A stretch of DNA of 64,000 nucleotides from Candidatus Yanofskybacteria bacterium RIFCSPHIGHO2_01_FULL_43_32 (GCA_001794125.1 MGJF01000002.1:37751-101750), one strand, 5' to 3'. Positions 18,961 to 29,177 are shown, numbered from the stretch's first letter. Numbers and translations are program-made. Notes: a model not told the origin generated them from the sequence alone.

Positions 18961-18986
18961 AAATCCCGCAATAGCGGGATTTTTGA
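18961..18986. terminator. bidirectional rho-independent terminator between convergent radical-SAM genes
   Basis: aaatcccgc-aata-gcgggattt flanked by A-run upstream and T-run downstream. Confidence 0.65.
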
Positions 18987-18993
18987 TTTGGTT

Positions 18994-20292
18994 TCAGTAG
19001 ACCATTCCATGGTCTCTGAGATACTGCTGAACTTGTTTAATATTGTTGGCAATTTCTTCGCGGGTGAGCGACGGACCCCAAGGAGTCATTTTTTCATATT
19101 CAAACGGAAGGCCGACTTCCTCGTCATCGCCGAAACGATACATCAAGTGCGCATGTTTGGAGAGGTCCGGTTCAATACTCTTTATGCCTAAAGATTTGGC
19201 GTTTTTCTGAAAGACCGAACCGGGCACTACGTCCAGACCCGAAACCGCCATGAAATCCGGCTTGACCTCTTCAATAAACCTGATTGTTTTCTCCACTACC
19301 CGGTTGGTTTCGCCGGGAAGACCGAAGATAATGCAGACCTTAACTTTAATGCCGTGCTTTTTTAACAATTCAATGAACCTGCGGTTAGCATCAATGCTTG
19401 TAGAGGGCTTGTTGGACAGCTGAAGCACTTTGTCGGTTTCAACACTTTCAACACCGATAGCGAGTTCCAAACACCCGCTCTGTCGGGCAAGTCTGATGAT
19501 TTCTTCTGATCCCATGGGAATCGTCTGCCCTCTCCAGACAATATTTTCAGCAGCGATGGCTTCAAACATAGCAACAGCTTCTTTCCGGTTAACCGGGATA
19601 CACACCTCGTCGCGCAGATTAATTCCCTGCACACCGTAGCGCTGCTTAAGGTATCTGATCTCTGCCGTGATCTGAACGGGCCGCTTAAGCTCAAATCTGT
19701 TCGGATTGTTATATACACAGAAACTGCAGTGGAAAACACAACCGCGCGAGAAGTAAACACTCGTTCCGGGAATCGAACCGTATTGAGCGAAATGCTTGTC
19801 GTGAACAATCTTGAAATCGGGAAGGAAGTCTCGTTGAGGAAAGGGATAAGATGCGAAATGAAATATTTGGTTGCTTTTGTAGGTTCGTTGTAGATTGTGG
19901 GCACGATAGTCTGTCAATGCTTGCAACAATAATTCTTCTCCGCTACCGATAATTGATGCGTCAAAAATATTGAGACATTCATCTGTGAGCCGGTCAACAT
20001 GATTGCCGCCGGCGATATGGGCACTATTGGGATATCTTTGTTTTGTATTTTTGACAAGACCATATATTTCGGGCGCATCGGCACTTTTGTTGATCCAGTA
20101 AAGGTACAGATCTCTTTCCGGCAAATCAACTTCTTCACTTTTTGGCCAATCGCGTAGGTCTATAATATCTACATTTACACCCGGATCACGCTCACGCAAA
20201 AAAGTTGCATAATAAAGTTCCCAGAGAGGCTGTAGTTTCACAGGATCTTTCCAGTAATGCCATGATGGAACAATAACAGCGATATTCAACAT
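18994..20292 (-). CDS. cobalamin-binding-domain radical SAM enzyme (class B), 432 aa
   Basis: YFSRGCVFHCSFCVYN (CxxxCxxC) after an N-terminal B12-like domain. Confidence 0.65.
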   Translation of the reverse strand: MLNIAVIVPSWHYWKDPVKLQPLWELYYATFLRERDPGVNVDIIDLRDWPKSEEVDLPERDLYLYWINKSADAPEIYGLVKNTKQRYPNSAHIAGGNHVDRLTDECLNIFDASIIGSGEELLLQALTDYRAHNLQRTYKSNQIFHFASYPFPQRDFLPDFKIVHDKHFAQYGSIPGTSVYFSRGCVFHCSFCVYNNPNRFELKRPVQITAEIRYLKQRYGVQGINLRDEVCIPVNRKEAVAMFEAIAAENIVWRGQTIPMGSEEIIRLARQSGCLELAIGVESVETDKVLQLSNKPSTSIDANRRFIELLKKHGIKVKVCIIFGLPGETNRVVEKTIRFIEEVKPDFMAVSGLDVVPGSVFQKNAKSLGIKSIEPDLSKHAHLMYRFGDDEEVGLPFEYEKMTPWGPSLTREEIANNIKQVQQYLRDHGMVY

Positions 20293-20428
20293 GATAACCC
20301 TTTTTGTTTAAGAACTTTCGGCAAACGATACCATTTTTTGTTGCGCAGGTCAATTCCTAAATTGCTATAAAGTGACGGACTTATTTTTTATTTTGACATC
20401 AGCTGATATTTTCTGATACGGTTATTCT

Positions 20429-21517
20429 ATGGCTGAACAAACTTCAACAAATGCGAGTATTATAATCCCCACAATGAATAGGGTTGATTTTGTTATACGA
20501 CAACTTCGCTACTATGCATCAGTTGGATGCCAGCATATCATTTATATTGGCGACTCAAGCTCAAAAGAAGAATCGGAAAAAATACAAAACGAAATCAAGC
20601 GACTTGGAGATACTATTAATGTGAAATATTATTATCTACCACCCTATAATATTTGGCAGGCCCATTATTATTTGCTTACCCAGGTTAAGGAAAAGTATAC
20701 CTGTCTCAGTGGTGATGATGATTATCAGATTCCAGATTCAATAACTAAATGTGCGGAATTTTTGGAAACTAATCAGGAATACACAACAGCAAGTGGACAC
20801 GCGGTAAGTTTCAGGTTAAAACAGAATGGTGTGCATGGAGAGCTTTTAAGGCTAGCCGATTATAAAAGAAGGCAAATAGAAAACAATACCGGAGCGGAGA
20901 GGATTATAAATTTTTTTGACGATAATTATTTTGTGACATTTTTTTCGGTAAATAGAACAAATCAAACCAGGGAATACTGGAAAAGCTCAGAAAAAATATC
21001 AGATCAGGCGTTTGGATCTGAAATCTTGCCGAATTCTCTGTCTTTAATTCACGGTAAGTCAAAAATATTAGATTGCCTTGGGTTTGTGAGGCAAATCCAC
21101 GGTCAAAATAATGGGCTCTTAGGCACATTTGATTGGATTACGAGCTCGGAATGGTGTTCGTCTTATTCTTTGTTTGAAAAAGTAATTTCTGAAAACTTAG
21201 CCACAAAAGATAATATTTCCACTAAGGACGCTGTGGGTATTACGAAACAAGCATTTTTGGCCTACCTCCATAAACAGTTTAATAAAGTATACAACGAAGA
21301 CATTCCTGTTTCAAAAAGGAGTTACTTTTACGGAAGCGTTCTTAAGTCAATACGATCTAAAATTACAAAAATATTCCCATTTCTTAAATATATCTACAGG
21401 GTCGTGGTAAAGCCGAGACTAACCGGTAAAAAAGAACTTCATTATGAAGTGCTTAGAACCGAATCCGAATATTACAAAGACTTTAAGCCGGTTATGGATT
21501 CATTCACTGGCCATTGA
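20429..21517 (+). CDS. hypothetical protein, weak GT2-like N-terminal motif
   Basis: SIIIPTMNR resembles the GT2 N-terminal signature; the rest is unrecognised. Confidence 0.3.
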   Translation: MAEQTSTNASIIIPTMNRVDFVIRQLRYYASVGCQHIIYIGDSSSKEESEKIQNEIKRLGDTINVKYYYLPPYNIWQAHYYLLTQVKEKYTCLSGDDDYQIPDSITKCAEFLETNQEYTTASGHAVSFRLKQNGVHGELLRLADYKRRQIENNTGAERIINFFDDNYFVTFFSVNRTNQTREYWKSSEKISDQAFGSEILPNSLSLIHGKSKILDCLGFVRQIHGQNNGLLGTFDWITSSEWCSSYSLFEKVISENLATKDNISTKDAVGITKQAFLAYLHKQFNKVYNEDIPVSKRSYFYGSVLKSIRSKITKIFPFLKYIYRVVVKPRLTGKKELHYEVLRTESEYYKDFKPVMDSFTGH

Positions 21518-21594
21518 AGTTTTTGGTTATAACTCTGTTTGACACTTTTTGATACTTTTTGATACCATAAACTTAACTCGGAAAGAATTCGTTT

Positions 21595-24312
21595 ATGGTA
21601 AATAATCCTAAAATAATTGTCACTGTCGGACCGGCTACCCACAGTTTAAATCATCTTGAAAAAATGAAGGACTTGGGTGTGGATTTTATCCGCGTCAACA
21701 TGTCTCACTCAACAACAGACTACCTTAAAGATTTTATCAGGCTTTCTAAAAAGGCCGACTTGCCGTTTATAATCGATACTCAAGGTTCACAGGTCAGGAC
21801 TGGTGATTTATCAAGACCCTCAATACAGCTGAAAGAAAATCAATACATAAAAATTTACACTAAGACATCATTGGACTTAAAGGACAATGGCCTATGCCTT
21901 AAACCGTCGGGCATAACAGAAAAACTTGAACCGGGGGATTTGATATACATTGATTTTAATAGTTTGGTTTTAAGGGTTAGCGATGTTTCAACATCTTCAA
22001 GAGGATATATTACTGCTCAAGCCATCAGTGATGGATGCGCCGGCAACAACAAGGCTGTTGTCATCGAATCAGTTTTTAGGAATAAAATAAATTTGCCGGT
22101 TTTAAGTCCGGTTGATTTTGAGGCGATTAAAATTGGTCTGAGAGAAAAAATCGGATATATAGCCGTCTCGTTTGTTCGTCGTGTTGAGGACATTGATTTT
22201 GTCAGAAAAGCCACAAAAAATTCAATGAAAATAATTTCAAAGATTGAATGTGTTGACGCCTTGAAAAACCTGGATGCTATAGTTAAGAAAACTGACCTTA
22301 TCCTTATTGACCGCGGAGACTTAAGCAAGGAAATACCCCTTACAGCCATACCAATGGCTCAAAAAATGATAATGAACACAGCCAAGAAATATAAAAAAGA
22401 CGTATTTGTAGCAACAAATCTTCTGGAGACAATGATTAGCAGTAAAAAGCCAACCCGGGCAGAAGTAAATGATATAGCGAATACTATTTTAGATGGAGCT
22501 GCAGGACTTGCGTTGGCAGCGGAGACTGCAATCGGCAAATATCCTTTGGAATCCATAGCTACACTTAAAAAGGTAATAAGCCACACAATATCTCCTGCGG
22601 TAAATTTGCATGACGGTAACTCATTGATTACCAGACCTCATGGCGGGAAATTGGTTAATTTAATACCCGATTCTATGCCAAGTTCAAAATACCTTGCATC
22701 ACTGAAGAAAGTTAAACTTGATCCAGAACATCAGATGGACGTTGAACTTATGGGTGTCGGTGTTTATAGTCCGCTTGAAGGATTTATGATCAAAAAGGAT
22801 TTGGATAGTGTTGCCGACAAAATGCGCCTTGCTAACGGCACTATCTGGCCGCTGCCTATTGTTCTTGATGTAAGCAAAGAAGAGTCCTGTAAGTTTAAAA
22901 TCGGGGATGCCATTGCCCTTATGGACAGTGAAAATTCGGTTATGGCGATATTGCACTTAGCCCAAAAATACCCTTTTAATAAAAAGAGGATTATAAAAAA
23001 AATATTTGGTACTGACAGTATAAAACACCCTGGCGTTAAGATGATGAATAACATGAAAGACATTTTTATTGGAGGCAAGATAGAGTTTATCAAAAAAAGA
23101 AATTCCGAGACAAAAGGGTATGAATTAACTCCCGCTCAGGTAAGAAAGCTCATTGAAGAAAAGGGGTGGCTAAAGGTAATAGGGTTTCACACCCGGAATG
23201 TTATTCACCGCAGCCACGAGTTTATACAACTCGAAGCATTAAGAAAGGAATTTGGTGACGGGCTTTTTGTTCATCCGATTATAGGCAAGAAAAAACCGGG
23301 GGACTTTAATGCAAAATATATTATTAGGTCATACGAAACAATGATGAAAAATTTTTATCCAAAGGATTCCGTTATCTTTTCGGTTTTCTCAAGCTATTCC
23401 CGTTATGCCGGTCCAAGAGAGGCTTTGTTTACGGCTATTTGCCGGAAGAACTACGGGTGCAGTCATTTTATTGTCGGCCGGGATCATACCGGGGTTGGTG
23501 ATTTTTATAAACCGACTGCGTCTCATGATATTTTTGATAAGTTTCCGGATCTTGGAATAAAACCAGTTAAATTCCACCAAGTCTTTTACTCCAAGAAATT
23601 AGACCAGCATATGCATGAAAAAAATGTTTCCCGTCATGATGAAAAAGATAAACTTCATATCAGTGGAACCCAAGCCCGCAAAATGTTTTTGAACGGAAAA
23701 ATACCGCCGAGTTGGTTTATGAGGCCGGAAATTTCAAAACCAATTCTGACTGCCATCAAAAGAGGTGAAAAAGTTTTTGTGAAAAACGCTGTGGTTGTTT
23801 GGTTTACTGGACTAAGCGGTTCTGGAAAAACAACAATTGCTACCGCACTCTCAGGGAAACTTTCTAAGATGGGTAAAAAGGTCCTTATGTTGGATGGTGA
23901 CGAAATAAGAAAGACCATCAGCAAAGATTTGGGTTTTTCAAGAGACGATATCAGGGAAAACAATAAACGCATTGCTGAGTTGGCAAAATCAAAGATGGGA
24001 GACTACGACTTTATTCTAGTTCCCGTTATTTCACCCCTTAAAGAAGATCGGCTAACTGCCAGAAAATTAATAGGGGACAATTTTGTGGAGCTTTTTGTTA
24101 ATGCTTCTTTGGAAAAATGCAAAGAACGGGACGTTAAGGGTCTTTATGGAAAATATGCTGCCGGTTTGGTCGTTAATCTTATAGGAGCCAGTTCATCTAG
24201 TTCATATGAATGCCCTGAAAATCCTGACATAGAGATAAATACTGAAGATTCAATTGTTAACAAAAACATCAATCAGGTAATCAAAACTTTGAATAAGAAA
24301 AAAATAATATGA
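21595..24312 (+). CDS. tri-domain fusion: pyruvate-kinase-like domain + sulfate adenylyltransferase (ATP sulfurylase) + adenylylsulfate (APS) kinase
   Basis: aa 1-330 PK-like (IVTVGPATHS...RVNMSHS...IIDTQGSQVRTG; SKIECVDALKNLDAIVKKTDLILIDRGDLSKEIP; KKPTRAEVNDIANTILDGAAGLALAAETAIGKYPLESI); middle GFHTRNVIHRSHEFIQ (ATP-sulfurylase QTRNxxHRAH); C-terminal VVWFTGLSGSGKTT P-loop (CysC-like). Confidence 0.8.
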   Translation: MVNNPKIIVTVGPATHSLNHLEKMKDLGVDFIRVNMSHSTTDYLKDFIRLSKKADLPFIIDTQGSQVRTGDLSRPSIQLKENQYIKIYTKTSLDLKDNGLCLKPSGITEKLEPGDLIYIDFNSLVLRVSDVSTSSRGYITAQAISDGCAGNNKAVVIESVFRNKINLPVLSPVDFEAIKIGLREKIGYIAVSFVRRVEDIDFVRKATKNSMKIISKIECVDALKNLDAIVKKTDLILIDRGDLSKEIPLTAIPMAQKMIMNTAKKYKKDVFVATNLLETMISSKKPTRAEVNDIANTILDGAAGLALAAETAIGKYPLESIATLKKVISHTISPAVNLHDGNSLITRPHGGKLVNLIPDSMPSSKYLASLKKVKLDPEHQMDVELMGVGVYSPLEGFMIKKDLDSVADKMRLANGTIWPLPIVLDVSKEESCKFKIGDAIALMDSENSVMAILHLAQKYPFNKKRIIKKIFGTDSIKHPGVKMMNNMKDIFIGGKIEFIKKRNSETKGYELTPAQVRKLIEEKGWLKVIGFHTRNVIHRSHEFIQLEALRKEFGDGLFVHPIIGKKKPGDFNAKYIIRSYETMMKNFYPKDSVIFSVFSSYSRYAGPREALFTAICRKNYGCSHFIVGRDHTGVGDFYKPTASHDIFDKFPDLGIKPVKFHQVFYSKKLDQHMHEKNVSRHDEKDKLHISGTQARKMFLNGKIPPSWFMRPEISKPILTAIKRGEKVFVKNAVVVWFTGLSGSGKTTIATALSGKLSKMGKKVLMLDGDEIRKTISKDLGFSRDDIRENNKRIAELAKSKMGDYDFILVPVISPLKEDRLTARKLIGDNFVELFVNASLEKCKERDVKGLYGKYAAGLVVNLIGASSSSSYECPENPDIEINTEDSIVNKNINQVIKTLNKKKII

Positions 24313-25247
24313 AAATAAGGCTTGGCAAAAGACAACCCTTGACGAAAAAACTCCTTTTAGTTGAGGGCATAGCAAGAGCTGGTAAATTTTTATTGGCTAA
24401 TGTTTTGAGCGGGTTTGAGCACATTGAGCCGGTTCAACTGTATGGTTTATTAGAACAAATACCCGTGTGGGCTAATTTGGGATTAATTGATAGAAATACC
24501 GCAAAAGAGATTTTGAGGTTAGAAATTGATACACATTGTTATGAAATGCTTACTGGACGAAATTTTAACTACAGAGTGTCGGACAAATCATCAATTTTTA
24601 ATATTCCACGTTATCAAAAATACCTTGCCCGCTCTAAAGAGAAAGACATAGACAAGATAATGAAAGAATATGATCAGGAAAAACCGTTCAGTTTTTTCAT
24701 TATGCACGAACTGATGCCGTACATCGGAATATATTTTGAAACCTTTCCAGAGTTGAAGGTTATAAGCATCAGGAGAAATCCTGTTGACTTGGTTTTTTCA
24801 TGGTACAAACGCGGTATCGGTCAAAGATATGGCAAGGATCCTAAATTTTTCAAAATTCCTATTCAGGGCAAATATGGCTCCGCTCCCTGGTTTTTACCCG
24901 AATGGAATAAGCTTTCGGAAATAGATAGGATAATACTTTCCATCAAAAAACTCTTCGACATGTATGAGGTGTCGTACCGGTGCTTGCCTCACAAGTATAA
25001 AAAAAGAATTATGTTTGTTTCATGTGAAGATGTTTTGAGTAATCCTGTGAGCGTTATTGATAGATTGGGAAATTTTTTGGGCAAAAAAGCTCTTCCAGAA
25101 ATGAAGTCTATTTTAAAAAGAGAAAAACTGCCTGTAATTAAAAAGCTTGAATTAAGGAGCCAAAATCTAGAGGAAATTAAAAAATTGGCTTCAAAAAAGT
25201 ATTTAAATGTTTTAATTAAACTAAAAAGGGAATATGAAAAATCTTAA
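24309..25247 (+). CDS. putative PAPS-dependent carbohydrate sulfotransferase
   Basis: GIARAGKF 5'-PSB-like loop and ISIRRNPVDLVFSWY resembling the 3'-PB RxxRxPxDxxxS motif; ATGA overlap with the PAPS-synthase fusion. Confidence 0.5.
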   Translation: MKIRLGKRQPLTKKLLLVEGIARAGKFLLANVLSGFEHIEPVQLYGLLEQIPVWANLGLIDRNTAKEILRLEIDTHCYEMLTGRNFNYRVSDKSSIFNIPRYQKYLARSKEKDIDKIMKEYDQEKPFSFFIMHELMPYIGIYFETFPELKVISIRRNPVDLVFSWYKRGIGQRYGKDPKFFKIPIQGKYGSAPWFLPEWNKLSEIDRIILSIKKLFDMYEVSYRCLPHKYKKRIMFVSCEDVLSNPVSVIDRLGNFLGKKALPEMKSILKREKLPVIKKLELRSQNLEEIKKLASKKYLNVLIKLKREYEKS

Positions 25248-25971
25248 GCCAAAAATATTAGCATATATTCCTGCTCGAGGCGGATCAAAAAGAATACCGG
25301 GCAAAAATATAAAGAAGTTTGCCGGTAAGCCTCTCATTGCTTACACTATTGAGCAGGCTTTAGCATGCAAGCTTGCGGACAAAATCGTAGTTGATACTGA
25401 CTCCAAAGAAATAGCAAAAATTGCAAAAGAGCATGGGGCAGAAGTTTCCTTTTTGCGTCCAGCTAAACTGGCTCAAGACAAATCAATGATTATAGATAGT
25501 ATAATCTATACTCTTGACCGACTTGAAAAAGAACAGAATTACAAACCCACTCATCTGTTAATCCTTCAAACCACTTCCCCTTTGCGTGAACTAAAGGACA
25601 TAATGGATTGTTGGAAATTAATGCAGTCAACGAATGCAACCACAGTATTAACTGTCTGCCCAACTCATCCTTGTTTTTACCACATGAAAGAGAATAAAGA
25701 CATTACCATTGTTAATGGAAACGAGGGTATATCTACAAATATGCAGGCTTGGCCGGAAGGATATATTTTGAATGGCTGTTTTGTCTATATTGTTGATATT
25801 CCCACACTAAGAAAAGAACGTCGTGTTATCACTGCCAAGACCAAGGCGGTCGTCTGTCCCAAATGGCGATCCGCTGACCTTGATACGCCGGAAGAATGGG
25901 TAATGGCTGAAGTTTTGTATAAGAATAAAAAGAAAATAGAAAAACAAATAAAAAAACATGAATCGAAATAA
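25234..25971 (+). CDS. CMP-nonulosonic acid synthetase (acylneuraminate cytidylyltransferase NeuA/LegF family)
   Basis: ILAYIPARGGSKRIPGKNIKKFAGKPLIAYTIEQA signature of CMP-NeuAc/Leg synthetases. Confidence 0.75.
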   Translation: MKNLKPKILAYIPARGGSKRIPGKNIKKFAGKPLIAYTIEQALACKLADKIVVDTDSKEIAKIAKEHGAEVSFLRPAKLAQDKSMIIDSIIYTLDRLEKEQNYKPTHLLILQTTSPLRELKDIMDCWKLMQSTNATTVLTVCPTHPCFYHMKENKDITIVNGNEGISTNMQAWPEGYILNGCFVYIVDIPTLRKERRVITAKTKAVVCPKWRSADLDTPEEWVMAEVLYKNKKKIEKQIKKHESK

Positions 25972-26980
25972 ATTAAAACTCTTAGTCATCGGATTAGGTT
26001 CAATGGGAAAACGGAGGATTAGAAACCTTATTGCCAATGGTGTTAAAAAAGATAATATTTTTGGTTTTAATATTTCAAAAGAACGCTGTAAAACAATTGG
26101 TGAGGAATATGGTATTAAAACAAGCGATGATTTTAAATTGGCTGTAAAAAGTTTTAGCCCAGATGTCTTCATGATTTCTACACCACCGGATACTCATGAT
26201 AAGTATTTTCTTTATGCCATTAAACACAAAAAGCATTTTTTTGTGGAACATCCGACAACAGATAAGGGTTATAATAAACTGCTGACTAAAACTCCAAAAG
26301 GTATTGTGGGTGTCCCGTCTAATAGCTGGAGGTTTAATCCGTCTGTCAAGAAAATTAAAGAATTGTTGGAAAAAGGAACTATCGGAAAAATTCTTGCTTT
26401 TCAGTATCACATGGGCCAGTATCTCCCTGATTGGCATCCATGGGAGGACTTCAGGAATGTCTATTTTTCCAAGAAAGAAACCGGCGCTTGCAGGGAAATG
26501 TTTGCCTTTGAATTGGGTTGGCTTACTTTTGCGCTTAATTTAAGCGAGGTAAAAAACATTTTGGGTATAACAAAAAAATTATCTGATTTGGACATGAGCG
26601 CAGATGATTTCTATTCGGCGGTTTTAAATTTTAAAAACAAAGTAAGTGCTACAATGGTAATTGATTTATTGTCTAGAAAACCTTTCCGAACATTGAAAAT
26701 TATCGGTTCGAAGGGTGTGCTTGAGTGGGAGTGGCTTGATTACACAATAAAAATTCATAAATCAAGAAATGATTCCCAGTTGATACGGCTCAACAAAGGC
26801 AGAAACGAGAAACTTTATGTCACCACGGAAGATATGTATGAGGAAGAAATAGAGTTGTTTTTAGAGGCTGTTGAGGGTAAAAGACTTTTTCCGTTCACCT
26901 TCAAAGAAAATCATCATTTTTTAAAAGTTTTATTTGCCTTAGAAAAAAGCAGTAAAACGGGACAGGTTGTTTCACCATGA
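25958..26980 (+). CDS. Gfo/Idh/MocA-family NAD(P) oxidoreductase
   Basis: LKLLVIGLGSMGKRRIRNL Rossmann N-terminus. Confidence 0.65.
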   Translation: MNRNKLKLLVIGLGSMGKRRIRNLIANGVKKDNIFGFNISKERCKTIGEEYGIKTSDDFKLAVKSFSPDVFMISTPPDTHDKYFLYAIKHKKHFFVEHPTTDKGYNKLLTKTPKGIVGVPSNSWRFNPSVKKIKELLEKGTIGKILAFQYHMGQYLPDWHPWEDFRNVYFSKKETGACREMFAFELGWLTFALNLSEVKNILGITKKLSDLDMSADDFYSAVLNFKNKVSATMVIDLLSRKPFRTLKIIGSKGVLEWEWLDYTIKIHKSRNDSQLIRLNKGRNEKLYVTTEDMYEEEIELFLEAVEGKRLFPFTFKENHHFLKVLFALEKSSKTGQVVSP

Positions 26981-28032
26981 TTAAAATCGGCTCTAAAACT
27001 ATTTCCGAAAAATCACCAGTTTTTATTGTTGCTGAAGCCGGAGTAAATCATAACGGTAATTTAAAATTGGCTAAAAAACTAATTGATGTTGCCGTCCTGG
27101 CCGGTGTTGATGCTGTAAAATTTCAGACTTTTAATCCCGACACATTGGTTGCTAAAAATGTTTCCAAAGCCGACTATCAGGCAAAAAATGAAAAAAGGTT
27201 AAAGAAAGAAGAAAGTCAGTACGAAATGCTGAAGCGGTTAATGTTGCCCAGAGAATGGCATAAGGAATTAAAAAAATATGCCGAAAGCAAGGGTTTGATA
27301 TTTTTATCTACTCCGTTCTCTTTGGATGATGCCGTTTTCTTGCGTAAGCTCGGAGTGAAAGCGATTAAAGTAGGTTCAACTGATACTGAAAACTTGCCCT
27401 ATCTTGCCAAGATTGCAAAATGGAATCTGCCGATTATTTTGTCTACCGGAATGTCGGCATTGCCGGAGATAAAAGAAGCAGTTAGAACTATTCAAAAGGC
27501 GGGCAATGATAAACTAATCGTTCTGCATTGCACAACCAATTATCCGACACCCTTTGAAGAAGTTAACCTGAGAGCCATAGCCACTCTTCAAAGAGAACTA
27601 AAAAACATACCTATAGGTTTTTCCGAACACACAGTCGGAATAGAAGCAACTGTAGCTTCAGTAGCTCTCGGCGCAAGAGTTATAGAAAAACACTTCACTC
27701 TAGATAAAAATTTTCCCGGACCTGATCATTCGGCTTCTCTTGAGCCTGATGAATTAAAACAATTGGTTTCTTCAGTTAGGCGCATTGAAACCGCTATGGG
27801 CACGGGCAATAAAGTGTTGTTTGTCAGCGAGAAAAAAATTGCTGAGGTTGCGCGAAAGAGCTTGGTTGTCGCCCGTGACATACCCTCCGGAAAACAGTTA
27901 ACCGCTGAGGACGTCTCCGTAAAAAGACCGGGTACAGGAATAAAGCCGAAATTTTTGAATAAAATTATCGGAAAAACAGCGAAAGTAAACTTGCAAAAAG
28001 ATCAGTTGTTAAGTTGGGATTTAATTAAATGA
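26977..28032 (+). CDS. nonulosonic acid synthase (NeuB/LegI/PseI family, PEP-condensing)
   Basis: PVFIVAEAGVNHNGNLKLAKKLIDVAVLAGVDAVKFQTF; C-terminal SAF-like domain. Confidence 0.85.
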   Translation: MIKIGSKTISEKSPVFIVAEAGVNHNGNLKLAKKLIDVAVLAGVDAVKFQTFNPDTLVAKNVSKADYQAKNEKRLKKEESQYEMLKRLMLPREWHKELKKYAESKGLIFLSTPFSLDDAVFLRKLGVKAIKVGSTDTENLPYLAKIAKWNLPIILSTGMSALPEIKEAVRTIQKAGNDKLIVLHCTTNYPTPFEEVNLRAIATLQRELKNIPIGFSEHTVGIEATVASVALGARVIEKHFTLDKNFPGPDHSASLEPDELKQLVSSVRRIETAMGTGNKVLFVSEKKIAEVARKSLVVARDIPSGKQLTAEDVSVKRPGTGIKPKFLNKIIGKTAKVNLQKDQLLSWDLIK

Positions 28033-29177
28033 TTAATAAAAAAATAGCTTACATATCGGGTACGAGAGCAGATTTCGGGTTAATGACTCCTGTTTTGGCT
28101 GCAATTAAAAAAAGCAAGAAACTTGATTTAAAACTATATGTAACCGGTATACATCTGATGCCGGAATTCGGTAATACGATCAAAGAGATTAAAAAACAAT
28201 TTCCGGAGATAATTGAAGTTAAGGCCGTATTTGAAAGTGATGAAAAACAAGCCATGGCTGAGTTTGCGAGTATTTTGATAAGTAAGTTGGTCAGTCTTTT
28301 TGAAAAAGACAGGCCGGATTTTGTGCTAACACTAGGTGATCGGCCAGAGATGATTTCTGTTGCTTTGGTCTGTTTGTATCTCGGAATTCCTACGGGTCAA
28401 ATCCATGGGGGCGATAAAAGCGCTACTGTGGATGAAATTGCCAGACATGCAATTACAAAGCTTTCTCATTTGCATTTTCCTGCAACAAGAGAGGCGGCGG
28501 AACGAATCAAAAAAATGGGCGAGGAAAGTTGGCGGATAAAAGTTGTGGGCGCGCCAGCTTTAGACGTAATTATGAATGAACAATTGCCGACCAGAGAGCA
28601 ACTTTTTAAAAACCTTGGTCTTGACCTAAAAAAGAAAGTAATTTTAGTTACCCAGCATCCGGTAAGTGAAGAATACGAAAAATCCGGAAGCCAAATGGCA
28701 GAGATTATATCCGCGATAAAAACTTTTGAATTGCCCGTAGTGATTATCTATCCGCATGCTGATGCCGGAGGGAGAAGAATAATATCCGAGATCAATAAGG
28801 AAAACAAAAATCCAAATTTTCATATTTTCCCGAGCTTGCCTCATAAAGATTTTTTAGCTCTTGAGAGGGAAGCGGCCGTCTGGGTCGGGAATTCTAGTGC
28901 TGCCATGATAGAATCAGCTTCTTTCGGGGTTCCCATAGTTAATATTGGTGGTCGCCAATCAGATCGACAAAGAGGACTTAATGTTTTAAATGTCGGTTAT
29001 GATAGGAATAAAATTAAGAGGGCTATGAAAAAATCTTTGTTTGATACTGCCTATCTTAAAACTCTAAAAAAAATAAAAAATCCATGGGGTGATGGAAAAA
29101 CCGGACAACGGGTGATGAAAACGCTTGAAAATATTAAAATTGATTCAAAATTATTAAATAAGCAGATAACTTATTAG
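28029..29177 (+). CDS. hydrolysing UDP-N-acetylglucosamine 2-epimerase (NeuC/LegG family)
   Basis: IAYISGTRADFGLMTPVL, GDRPEMISVALVCLYLGIPTGQIHGGD. Confidence 0.8.
   Translation: MINKKIAYISGTRADFGLMTPVLAAIKKSKKLDLKLYVTGIHLMPEFGNTIKEIKKQFPEIIEVKAVFESDEKQAMAEFASILISKLVSLFEKDRPDFVLTLGDRPEMISVALVCLYLGIPTGQIHGGDKSATVDEIARHAITKLSHLHFPATREAAERIKKMGEESWRIKVVGAPALDVIMNEQLPTREQLFKNLGLDLKKKVILVTQHPVSEEYEKSGSQMAEIISAIKTFELPVVIIYPHADAGGRRIISEINKENKNPNFHIFPSLPHKDFLALEREAAVWVGNSSAAMIESASFGVPIVNIGGRQSDRQRGLNVLNVGYDRNKIKRAMKKSLFDTAYLKTLKKIKNPWGDGKTGQRVMKTLENIKIDSKLLNKQITY

Noticed and set aside
20429-21517. Confident glycosyltransferase call for ORF 20429
   Set aside because: Only the N-terminal IIIPTMNR resembles GT2; no DxD/QxxRW-type motifs were recognisable, so it is kept as hypothetical
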